A stretch of DNA of 64,000 bases from assembly GCA_965223865.1 (NCBI GenBank), contig OZ245020.1:1440001-1504000 (forward strand), in the 5' to 3' direction. Source of the stretch: Nitrosarchaeum sp. GTDB lineage: Archaea > Thermoproteota > Nitrososphaeria > Nitrososphaerales > Nitrosopumilaceae. This document shows, piece after piece, positions 39,285-49,200 of the stretch. Below the pieces are notes generated by a model. That model did no database searches. It was not told the origin of the DNA and saw only the letters and a list, made by a program, of their open reading frames with translations. The position numbers and the translations under genes are program-made. Within the stretch, counting starts at the first letter, position 1. Every line of letters starts with the position of its first letter.

Positions 39285-40112
39285 GTGGAAATTTCTGTAG
39301 GACATACACCTGATTCAGATGATGCATTCATGTTTTATGGTATGTTTACTGAAAAGATTTCATCGCCAGATTTTACAGTAAAACATGTTATTGAAGATAT
39401 TGAAAAACTAAACAAAAAAGCTACAAATCCAGAACTAGATGTAACTGCAGTATCTGTTCATGCATGTGCGTATATTCCTGGATACACAATTTTGAGAAGT
39501 GGTGGAAGTTTTGGTATCGGATATGGTCCAATTGTTACTTCAACAAAGCAAATGACAATTGATGAAATCAAAAAAGCAAAAATTGCAATTCCAGGTAAGA
39601 TGACATCTGCATTTTTATTATTACAACTAATGATTGGGAAATTTGATTATGTTGAGATGAATTTTAGTGATATTCCAGAGGCAGTAAAATCAGGTAAGGT
39701 TGATGCAGGTCTTGTAATTCATGAGACTCAGCTATCCTATGAACAAGAAGGCAACGTAAAGATTTTAGATGTCGGTGAATGGTGGGATAAAACTACAGGA
39801 GGATTACCTGTACCATTAGGAATCAATGTAATGAAGACAAGCCTAGGTATGGAATTAATTCATAAATTCGATAAATACCTACAAGAATCAATCGAATACG
39901 GATTACAGCACTTAGATGATGCAATAGAATATGCCATGCAATACAGTAGAGGAAAATCAAGAGATTTAATTGAAAAATTTGTAAAAATGTATGTAAACAA
40001 AGTTACTATCAACATGGGAGATAAAGGAGAAGAATCAATCAGGAGATTGTTTGAAATGGCAAAAGAGAAGAATCTTGTTCCAGAATTTGAACTAAGTATT
40101 GTCATCAAGTAA
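39285..40112 (+). CDS. mqnD: 1,4-dihydroxy-6-naphthoate synthase (MqnA/MqnD family)
   Basis: GHTPDSDDAFMFY, GYGPIV, GLVIHE, PVPLG; GTG start 39285 preferred. Confidence 0.85.
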   Translation: MEISVGHTPDSDDAFMFYGMFTEKISSPDFTVKHVIEDIEKLNKKATNPELDVTAVSVHACAYIPGYTILRSGGSFGIGYGPIVTSTKQMTIDEIKKAKIAIPGKMTSAFLLLQLMIGKFDYVEMNFSDIPEAVKSGKVDAGLVIHETQLSYEQEGNVKILDVGEWWDKTTGGLPVPLGINVMKTSLGMELIHKFDKYLQESIEYGLQHLDDAIEYAMQYSRGKSRDLIEKFVKMYVNKVTINMGDKGEESIRRLFEMAKEKNLVPEFELSIVIK

Positions 40113-40138
40113 TTATATCACAAAAATTCGTCAAATTC

Positions 40139-40429
40139 ATGGGAGATGGAATTGGAGGACCAGTTATTGAGTGTCTGTCTCATAACGCATTTCAGTTATT
40201 AATAACACATTTTCGTAAAGACAATAAAGAAGAATACGGAAAAACTGAAAAGATAATTATCGCAAAAATTGATGATCCAGACAATCCTCAATATGAGGAA
40301 CCAACACATGAGGATTTGGAGAGGGCTCTGAAGGGAAAATTTGTTTCATGTAATGTACAATATAGAGATTCTAAAACAGATGCTCTGGTTTGTAATGTAT
40401 TTGTTCAAAAACCTCCAGAAGGTTTCTAG
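40139..40429 (+). CDS. Hypothetical protein
   Basis: 96-aa ORF. Confidence 0.7.
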   Translation: MGDGIGGPVIECLSHNAFQLLITHFRKDNKEEYGKTEKIIIAKIDDPDNPQYEEPTHEDLERALKGKFVSCNVQYRDSKTDALVCNVFVQKPPEGF

Positions 40430-40486
40430 TGCCAAGCTATAGAAAATCCCTAAAATATAATAAAAACAAATTACTAGTGATAATAA

Positions 40487-40765
40487 ATGTTCTTGGTAGA
40501 TAAAAAAATTCTTTCTGGAGGAATTGCTATGTTAATTGTTGGAGGAGTAATTTTACTATATTTGAATTCAGTAGTTCCTGCAGGTCAAGCTGGAATGACG
40601 GAGGAAGAGATTCTAGAATTAATGATTAAAGAGCAAGAAAATCAAGACATGAATACCCTTGCGGGAATTCTATTTGGAGTAGGATTTTTGTTGGTTTTAA
40701 TCAGTTTTGGGGCAAGAAGAAGGAAAGGCAGTGCCAAAAAAGAAGAAAAAAAACCAGCAGAGTAA
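40487..40765 (+). CDS. Small two-TM membrane protein
   Basis: Two hydrophobic helices, basic tail. Confidence 0.75.
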   Translation: MFLVDKKILSGGIAMLIVGGVILLYLNSVVPAGQAGMTEEEILELMIKEQENQDMNTLAGILFGVGFLLVLISFGARRRKGSAKKEEKKPAE

Positions 40766-40859
40766 ATTAAAACCGTTTAGTTCAGAACTAATTTAATTCT
40801 AAATTCTCTGAGTGAAAATAAGCAAAACCAATAACAATAATTTCTAATTGTATAGTATT

Positions 40860-41081
40860 ATGCATTGTAATGGAATCTGTGTGAATTACAAGGCTACTAG
40901 TAATAGCTCTGAAGGAGGCAGATATGAACAGGGCCAAAAACGATGTCACGAATGTGAAATATTCATCAAATGGGAGGGTCTTTGGTGTCCATGCTGTGGA
41001 CACTTGTTAAGAACAAAACCTAGAGGTACAAAATTAAAACGCAGATTATTATTAAGAAAACGAGATAGAGAAGAAAATTAA
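40860..41081 (+). CDS. Small Cys-rich zinc-finger protein
   Basis: CNGIC...CHEC...CPCCG..LRTKPR. Confidence 0.8.
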   Translation: MHCNGICVNYKATSNSSEGGRYEQGQKRCHECEIFIKWEGLWCPCCGHLLRTKPRGTKLKRRLLLRKRDREEN

Positions 41082-41142
41082 CGAGTCATCTTCAAATGAC
41101 AATTTTAGAAATTAATGATAATTAAGGATTGAATTCAAATAG

Positions 41143-41385
41143 GTGTATTATTTTTGTTCTAGCGGGTCAGATTTGAAAATCATCATTAAAAACAGCAATC
41201 CGATCAGATTTTATCATCATCCTAGAGAGGTAACCATTCATCCAAAAACTAAAACTGTTAAGACCTTTAATGCAGATGGTTCTTTACTTGAAACATTCAA
41301 GCTTGTTAACAAAGAAACATCATGGAATGAAGATTTTGAAAATGACCAAACTGAAATCATAATCACTTTGCATGTTGAAAAATAA
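41143..41385 (+). CDS. Hypothetical protein
   Basis: 80-aa ORF, start probably at internal TTG. Confidence 0.55.
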   Translation: MYYFCSSGSDLKIIIKNSNPIRFYHHPREVTIHPKTKTVKTFNADGSLLETFKLVNKETSWNEDFENDQTEIIITLHVEK

Positions 41386-41490
41386 AAAAAATTAGACTTT
41401 TGCTTCATATTTTGCTAGTCAAAGTCTCATCAATTACATCTAATTTGCAATCATACTAGAAGAAACAACTCTTATCAAAAGGGACAAAGT

Positions 41491-41724
41491 CTAAAATTTT
41501 AGAGTTTTTTTCTTGATAGCATCTTTGATTATCTCAACATATTGTTCTATGATGCAATCTCTCAAAGAAGTTGGCATTTCACTAACATCAAACTTTTCTA
41601 TCATCTTTGATTTCTTTCTTACCACAAATCTTACTGGACGTGGAACATTTTCAGTATATTTTTTGTTAACGTAATCTATGATTTCTTCAATATCGGATTT
41701 ATCCATCGTATTATTGTTGTTCAA
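41491..41724 (-). CDS. Hypothetical protein
   Basis: 77-aa ORF. Confidence 0.65.
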   Translation of the reverse strand: MNNNNTMDKSDIEEIIDYVNKKYTENVPRPVRFVVRKKSKMIEKFDVSEMPTSLRDCIIEQYVEIIKDAIKKKTLKF

Positions 41725-41790
41725 TGTTGTAAATAAGTTAACATTACAATGTCAGAATTTAGTTTTTCAAATTTTAGGGATTAAATGTTT

Positions 41791-41907
41791 CTAGTCGTAC
41801 TCTATTTTTTTACTTTCACAAATTGGACATACAATTCTAAGAACTACCACATGCAAAATCTCAGACTTGCAGGATTTACATCGAAAGTTACGCATTGTAA
41901 TTCTCAT
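41791..41907 (-). CDS. 38-aa zinc-ribbon microprotein
   Basis: MRITMRNFRCKSCKSEILHVVVLRIVCPICESKKIEYD. Confidence 0.6.
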   Translation of the reverse strand: MRITMRNFRCKSCKSEILHVVVLRIVCPICESKKIEYD

Positions 41908-42508
41908 GGGATCACAGTTTCTTTTTAGAGATTAAAGAGAAGGTTATTGTGAAATCAATTGAATTTTTTTTGGACTTTGGTTTATCAACAACATTTCTAA
42001 AACTTGATTCTAACAGGGCATACATCAAGTCGTCAAAATGTTTTTGAATTTCTTTTGCTTTTTCCATTATGGTTAATTTAGAACATATGTAATAATACTG
42101 AGATTTTTCAATGTAGCTAAAAAGTTATAATTTCAGCTAATGTACATTTTTGTCTTTTGTACATCCATATTTTTTGGGAGGTAGTCTTGTTAATTGAATT
42201 TCCGTACAAGTATTCAATCTATCTCCTTCTTTTTTCCCAGATTTAATTCAAAATTGAATAAGAGCTAAATATTATTTCTCAAATGCATGGAATACAGACT
42301 CTAAATTACCACTGCTATTAGAGTAATGCAATATTTCTCCATGAGGCAGGGTAGTTTTGCCAACATACTTCATTATTCCATCCTTACAAAATTTGTTTAA
42401 AAGCTTGATGAATGATTTATCACTAACATGAATTAACGCTGAAACAAGACTATCCACGAATTCATAATTTATAAAAAAACAAATCAAAATTTGTTAAAAT
42501 AGAAGGTA

Positions 42509-42573
42509 CCTGACTGCAAGACTCCCATGGCAGCCAGGATATGGTCGGTTAAACGGTATGGCAAGTGCTTAAC
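42509..42573 (-). ncRNA. Candidate two-hairpin small RNA (or 26-aa ORF 42484..42564)
   Basis: GUUAAGC/GUUUAAC, linker CGACCAUAU, CCUGGCUGC/GCAGUCAGG; TTTATC 30 nt upstream. Confidence 0.55.
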
Positions 42574-42879
42574 TTAATTTTGTATTAACACATATCAGAT
42601 AAAAGGGAAATGGTATGTATTAGTAATTTTTTTATGTTGTTCTACAAAGTGGTCATGGATACCACAAAAATTTTAATCCAAAATTATTATTAGATTGATT
42701 TACTTAATTTAGACATCAATAAACCGCATATACATAAATTGTAAAGAAAAATTTGATTACCCTATGAAATATTGGGGAGATCAATCCCACAGGTGGTGCT
42801 CTCAACAACATAAGGAATTATTTGAAGAGAAAAATAATTTAAAAAATAAATTACCTGAGACCTCTTTTGTAAATAAGAA

Positions 42880-43188
42880 GTGATAGTAATGGGTTTAGAT
42901 TCTGAGATTAAATTAACAAAAGAAGAATTAGATAATATTGAAAAATGTTTTGAGACAGATAGAGTAAAAATTACTCAACAATTTGGGCATGATGATAACG
43001 CTGATATGAGTCTTCAACTCTTTAAAACATTCAAACAGCAAATACTATTGAATCAAGAAATAGCTGAAAGACTTCGAGAACGACAAGATTATCACTTATT
43101 ATGTGAGGGTAAATTTGAATCAGGGTCGGATATTGCTCGATATCATCATGCCATTTGGGAAGAGCTAAATCAAATTGAGAAAGGATAA
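42880..43188 (+). CDS. Hypothetical protein
   Basis: 102-aa ORF. Confidence 0.65.
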   Translation: MIVMGLDSEIKLTKEELDNIEKCFETDRVKITQQFGHDDNADMSLQLFKTFKQQILLNQEIAERLRERQDYHLLCEGKFESGSDIARYHHAIWEELNQIEKG

Positions 43189-43349
43189 TTCCCAATAATC
43201 ATATTTACGATTTCGTTGTTTCATCTTATAATTTTAGAAAAAAACAAAGCAGTTCAAAATATAATTAAAATAATTTTCTTATTATCTAAAGACGATCTTA
43301 TTGCAAATAAGAAATAAACGATACAAGAGATTCAGATTTGAGTTTAAAA

Positions 43350-43417
43350 ATAGAATTGATGGACGCCTAGAGAATAGATGACTTGAAAGGTGGCGCCCAT
43401 CAAATCTGTGGCTTAAC
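43350..43417 (-). ncRNA. Candidate hairpin small RNA
   Basis: 12-bp UUGAUGGGCGCC/GGCGUCCAUCAA, TATATA 28 nt upstream of a GUUAAGC start, T5 downstream. Confidence 0.5.
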
Positions 43418-43574
43418 GTAATAAGTTATGATTTACAAGTATATAGATTTTAGTATATACTAAATAAACAAGTACAAAATAGATAATCAAAATTATCTTT
43501 ATACGACTGTTAATGGCAAATTTCTATCAAGAGACAAACTTGTTAATAAAGAAAAAAATCAGTACCAAATAGTA

Positions 43575-43889
43575 TTGATTCATGCAGAAATCAGCATATA
43601 TCCGATGGGAACAAATTCAACTAGTGCCAGTTTTTACATTGCAAAGGCAATAGAATCAATTCAAAGTATACAAGATATAAGATATCAAATTAATCCAATG
43701 GGCACAATTTTAGAATCGGACAATATTGATGCAATTTACGAAGCATCAAAAAAAATGATGGAAGTGGTCCATAATTTAGGAGTAAATAGAGTAGAGATAG
43801 TCCTGAAAGTAGATTCTAGAAAAGATAAACAAGTAAAGATGGAAGAAAAATTAGATTCGATCAAAAAACAGATGAATTTCGAAAATTAA
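43575..43889 (+). CDS. MTH1187/thiamine-binding family protein
   Basis: AEISIYPMG...NPMGTILE...KVDSRKDK. Confidence 0.88.
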   Translation: MIHAEISIYPMGTNSTSASFYIAKAIESIQSIQDIRYQINPMGTILESDNIDAIYEASKKMMEVVHNLGVNRVEIVLKVDSRKDKQVKMEEKLDSIKKQMNFEN

Positions 43890-44989
43890 AAATTTCTCAG
43901 AATATTAAAGTAAGTATCGCGTTGTGCAGGTTTTCTACCAATCTCTTTAACCATAGTTGCCAATTCATCAATAGATGAAGTGGTAGGTTTTCCAGCAGCA
44001 CGATAAATTTCCTCAGAAAATGCAGTTCCAACCAAATCATTACCGCCATTTGATAAAGCTACTTGGGCTAGTTTTTTCCCATATGCTACCCAATATACTG
44101 AAATGTTGTTTAAAACATTAGCAAGCATTAGTCTTGATAGTGCAATAACTCTCAGGTCGTAAACAGAAGAGCATTCATTATTCACTAAATGTTTCTGTTC
44201 AAGTTCTGTGTTATCAAGACTAAACTTTAGTGGAATCAGAGTAATAAATCCACCAGTCTTTTTTTGTAATTCTCTAATTTTTATTAAATGATCAACTATA
44301 TGCTCAGGTTTTTCAATATGGCCATAAAGCATTGTAACATTGCTTTTTATTCCAAGCTGATGAGCTTGCTCTATTGTATCAAGCCATTCTTGTCCACTAC
44401 ACTTTCCTCTAACTATCTTTTCTCGTATGTCTGGATGAAATAACTCAGCACCTCCCCCTGGCATAGTATCCAAACCTGCATCTTTTAGACGAGAAAGAAT
44501 TTCTTTAATAGAGTTTTTAGTGAGTTTAGAAAGATAAAAAATTTCAGCTGCTGTGAGTGCTTTTATTTTTAGTTCAGGATGATTCTTTCTAATTATTCTT
44601 ATCATATCTTCGTAATATTCTAATGGAAGTTTTGGGTGAAAGCCACCTACGATGTGGACTTCGGTTGCACCCATATCTTTGGCAATAGAGACACGTTGTT
44701 CAATTTGTTCAGGGGTTAACGTGTAAGCATCCTCTGCTCCATCTTTGCGATAAAATGCACACATTTGACAGCTAGCAGCACAAACATTTGTGTAATTCAT
44801 GTAGTATGATGCTGCAAATGATACGGTATCACCAACTAATTTTTTTCTGGAAATATCGGCAACTGCTCCAAGCATGTGTAAATTGTCATAATTCATCAAT
44901 TCTAATCCATCATTATACGACAGTTCTTCTCCAGCAATTGCTCGATCTAATGCCTGAGAATCCCCTATTAGTTGTTCTAACACATCCAA
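43886..44989 (-). CDS. mqnE: CofH-family radical SAM enzyme, probably aminofutalosine synthase
   Basis: NYTNVCAASCQMCAF, EVHIVGG, PGGGAE, TMLYGHIE; TTG 44989 preferred since a divergent gene starts at 45063. Confidence 0.75.
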   Translation of the reverse strand: MDVLEQLIGDSQALDRAIAGEELSYNDGLELMNYDNLHMLGAVADISRKKLVGDTVSFAASYYMNYTNVCAASCQMCAFYRKDGAEDAYTLTPEQIEQRVSIAKDMGATEVHIVGGFHPKLPLEYYEDMIRIIRKNHPELKIKALTAAEIFYLSKLTKNSIKEILSRLKDAGLDTMPGGGAELFHPDIREKIVRGKCSGQEWLDTIEQAHQLGIKSNVTMLYGHIEKPEHIVDHLIKIRELQKKTGGFITLIPLKFSLDNTELEQKHLVNNECSSVYDLRVIALSRLMLANVLNNISVYWVAYGKKLAQVALSNGGNDLVGTAFSEEIYRAAGKPTTSSIDELATMVKEIGRKPAQRDTYFNILRNF

Positions 44990-45062
44990 AGTCTTCTGTT
45001 TAAGGATATATTCCTTAACTGTTAGTCTCAAGAGATAATTAGGTAAAAAAGCTAGAAAAGAC

Positions 45063-45236
45063 ATGGTTCTTCCCCTAGTTGATGAAACCAAGCCAAAGTG
45101 TTATTATTGCCATGAGAAATTCGATAATATCGAAAAATTACGTGAGCATCAAAAAGAAGAACATAATGAACTACTTGAATCTCATGAAAATGACATTAAG
45201 AGAGAACCAGCGCCAGGAGATGTTACAGTATTTTAG
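45063..45236 (+). CDS. 57-aa C2H2 zinc-finger microprotein
   Basis: MVLPLVDETKPKCYYCHEKFDNIEKLREHQKEEH...REPAPGDVTVF. Confidence 0.75.
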   Translation: MVLPLVDETKPKCYYCHEKFDNIEKLREHQKEEHNELLESHENDIKREPAPGDVTVF

Positions 45237-45732
45237 ATTTTTCTTCTTTAATTGATTTTAACAATTCTTGAGCAATTTTCATGCTGAAAGATGCAATATT
45301 AAAATTTTTATCAATAGATAAAGCCTTTTTGAAATGTTTTATTGCATTTGAAAGATCGCCTAATTCACCAAGAGAAAGTCCTTTGTATGCCAATGCCAAT
45401 GCCGATTTTTTATCAATCTTTAATGCTTCATCATAGCAGATGATAGCTTCTTTATAATTACCAAGTGTATGCAATGAAGAACCCTTGTTAAGTAAAGCAT
45501 CAAAGTTTTGAGAATTTATCTTAATAGCTTTATCATACAATCGAATTGCTTGTTTAACCTTACCTATGTTTTGAAGTGTTACTCCTTTATCTATAAGTGC
45601 ATTAAGATTTTCAGGGTCTAGTTTTAAAGCTAAATCATATAGTTTTAGTGCATTTTGATAATCTCCATCTTCACATAATTCATAAGCTTGCGCGAGCATT
45701 TCATCTATTTTTGTCATTGGTAGAGATAACAC
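45223..45732 (-). CDS. TPR-repeat protein
   Basis: About four 34-aa TPR units. Confidence 0.9.
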   Translation of the reverse strand: MLSLPMTKIDEMLAQAYELCEDGDYQNALKLYDLALKLDPENLNALIDKGVTLQNIGKVKQAIRLYDKAIKINSQNFDALLNKGSSLHTLGNYKEAIICYDEALKIDKKSALALAYKGLSLGELGDLSNAIKHFKKALSIDKNFNIASFSMKIAQELLKSIKEEKSKIL

Positions 45733-46137
45733 TTTATCAATAATATAGATTCACCAATTGTAAAGTCTTGACTTTTGTTATTGTTTTAAACTAGTGCCAG
45801 TAATTCATTTAAGAGTTAATCAACATAGAGATTAAAAATAAACCTAATCCAATACCTCCCGCAATAAGCAAGATGTTTTTGGTAACTACTAAACTTCTTA
45901 CGATTTCATTGATTATCATACCTATTCAAGGCCATTTTTGACAAATAGATGCTCCGTGTAGTACACAGATAACCTAAACCCAATAACCAGCTAAATGAGC
46001 TAAATTTATCTATGTCTAATATCCATCCAGGAAAATTCTTCGAATCCTTGTTGGAACTAGAAATGGAATGATTCTTTCTTATTATGATTATTTTTTAAAA
46101 AAATTAGTGCTGTTAGTAACATGATTATTTTTTCTCC

Positions 46138-46260
46138 TTAACCACAAGTCTGTCCTTCTCTCTCGCAAGTTTGGCAATTTACTTGATCATTTGAACCACG
46201 CCAATGGTCTTTTTTTAAATGTCCGCATTTCTCACAATATTTTATTTCTTTATCATTCAT
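46138..46260 (-). CDS. 40-aa Cys/His metal-binding microprotein
   Basis: MNDKEIKYCEKCGHLKKDHWRGSNDQVNCQTCEREGQTCG. Confidence 0.6.
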   Translation of the reverse strand: MNDKEIKYCEKCGHLKKDHWRGSNDQVNCQTCEREGQTCG

Positions 46261-46284
46261 TATTTCTTGTTAATTACAATTTTG

Positions 46285-49200
46285 TTATTTCTTATTCGTA
46301 AACTCTGTTATGATCTTTCTACCTCCATAAAACATCATTGCAGGTGCTGCAACATACATTCCAAGATTCATCAAAATGACACCAATACCATATCCTAAAA
46401 TTTCTTCTTCAGAGTCTGCCATTGACATTATAGAAAGAGATGACAACATCGGAATTATTCCAATCTTTACTAGTTCTTTGAATGCTGGGTTTTCTCTTTC
46501 ATAGTCTGCAATGGATGGTGAAAATGAATAGTATGCCTGGTTGAACCATGTCATAAATGATGCACCAGATTCTGTACTCATTACCTTATTGTCTCTAATT
46601 TCTCTAAGGAATTGTACCTGTGGTGCCATCTCAGAACCATACGTTGCAGTAGCAATTAGACATCCACCTCCTTCTGATTGCTCAACCAATTCACATTTTC
46701 CATTGATTAGTTCTGTTCCAGGACCACACTGTCCAATTTTTGGTTCTGGTCTTGGTTCTTCTTTGGGTTCATCTAATCCAACTGCCTGGTAAATTGAAGT
46801 GTATTCAGGATAGTTCTCATCAAACCACTCTTTGTAGCTTGGCTCATTGTTGTATCTATCAACATAGTATTGTGGATCTTGATTTGGATCTACAAAGGCA
46901 GGAATTTCTACTGGTTCTTCTAATCCAACTGCCTGGTAAATTGAAGTGTATTCAGGATAGTTCTCATCAAACCACTCTTTGTAGCTTGGCTCATTGTTGT
47001 ATCTATCAACATAGTATTGTGGATCTTTTGTCTCATCAACAAAAGGTGCAAGTCCCAAATCTTTTGATTCTGGTTCCTTTGGTTCTGTTGGTTCAGGTTC
47101 CTTTGTTGGTTCTGGTTCTTTTGTTGGTTCAGATTCTTTTACATCATTAACAGTAATTGTAACAGGTTGTTTGTCTGTCATGGCTTCTTTCTTTGCCACT
47201 ATATCAAACACATATGATTTTCCACCTTGAGAACTAGAAGGGGTCCATGTAAATTCTCCGGTCTTAGAATTTATTGAGGATCCTGATGGATTTTTTTCTA
47301 AACGAAATATAACATCTTCTAAGCTTTCTGTTGTTTTAACAGTAAATCTTAAGACTTGTTTTTCATTTATGGTAAATTTGCCCATTGGGCTTATCTCTAA
47401 TATTGCTTCTTTTGGAGTTGCAGAAACTTCAGAAGCAGTGCTTGTTCCGACTGAGTTAATTGCAGAAATTTTGTATGTGTATGTTGAATCTATTTGTACA
47501 TTAGAATCAACATACGATGTTGACGTACTCTTGGTATTTGATTCTAATATCGAAAAGGCATCAGAATCTCTTTGTACTTCTATCTTATAGCCTGTGATTT
47601 TTGAATTACCATCAGATGAGGGTGCCTTCCATGAAATTTGGATTTCAGATGAGGTTGCAACTGCATTTAGACTTCTAGGCTGTGTTGGTATAGTTACAGG
47701 GTCAGTAGATGTTGGAGGTTTTGAGTCTTCTGTCGGAGTGGCAGATGCAACATTTGATTTAGGAGTACTTCCTACAGATAGATTTGCAGTTACAACATAA
47801 CTGTATGTCTTGTCAGTTTCTAAACCACTAACAGTATATGTTGTTGTACTTCCACCTATTCTAGCTACATCTTCATAAAGGATATCTTCAATAATTTCAC
47901 GCTCTATAACATAACCTGTTATTGATTGCTTGAAGGTCTCTGTTGGAGGTAACCAAGACAATAAAATTTGATTCTTTGAAATTGGTATTGCAGTAAGTCC
48001 AGCAGGAGATTGTGTAGGACCAGGTTTTGCAGATACTGTAGATGATGCGCCACTTGTTCCCTCGGAATTAATTGCATATACTCTATATCTGTAGGTTTCA
48101 CCTTCTTCTAGTCCTGTATGTAGATATGATGTTGCAGTATTCATGGTATCACCAACAATTGTTGTGTATGATCCGCTACCTTCTCTTACCTCGATCTTGT
48201 AGCCTGTTATTTCAGATACATCCTCATCAAGTTCCGGCGCATCCCATGTTATTATAATTGAGGTTTGTGATGCTTCAGATGCCTTTAGGCCTTTTGGAGC
48301 AGGAGGAACATCATTGGAGGAGCTACCACCGCCATTACTACTAGCACCACCAGGAACTGAAAGCATTTGTATTCGATGATTATCAGTATCTGCCACATAC
48401 AACAAACCATTTGTTGTATCTATTGCTAAACCCGATGGAGAGTTGAATTTACCATCACTTGAACCAGAAGAACCAAATTCTTCTACAAAGCATACTCCGT
48501 CAATAATCTCATCAGTTCCACTTGGACATGTATTGCCAGATACTATCTCAAAGACCTGTACTCTATGATTTTCAGTATCTGCCACATACAACAAGTTATC
48601 ATCTTCATCAAATGCCAAACCTGCTGGTTCATCAAATCTACCCTCAGCTGAACCTGAAGAACCAAAATTATCTACAAAGCATACCTGATCATTGACAATC
48701 TCATCAGTTCCACTTGGGCAGTTGTCTCCATTTGTCAGCTCAAATATCTGAATTCTATGATTTTCAGTATCTGCCACATACAACATGCTATTGTCCTCAT
48801 CAATTACCATACCTGAGGGATTTCTAAATTCATCATTACTTGAACCAGTATCCCCAAAATTAAACTGAAAATCACCGTCATCATCAAAAACAGAGATAGA
48901 GTCAGTGGTAGAATCAGCCACATAGACATAATCAGATTTTTTGTGTATTGCAATTGCGCTAGGTGAACCCAGATATTCATCATCGCCGCTGTCAGATGAA
49001 CCAAACTCTAGATTATCATAGTCACCATCTGATTGGAATCTTTGAACACGGTTGTTATCTGAATCCACAACATAGATGTCTCCATTGTCTTTGTTAATTG
49101 CCAAATCAGTGGGCATGTCAAATCTGCCATCACTAGAACCAGAACTACCAAAGATTTCATCAAAACATACCTCATCGTCTATAATCTCATCATTCCCACT

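Noticed and set aside
42272-42487. 71-aa ORF
   Set aside because: No motif or clear start; may be a remnant, not called
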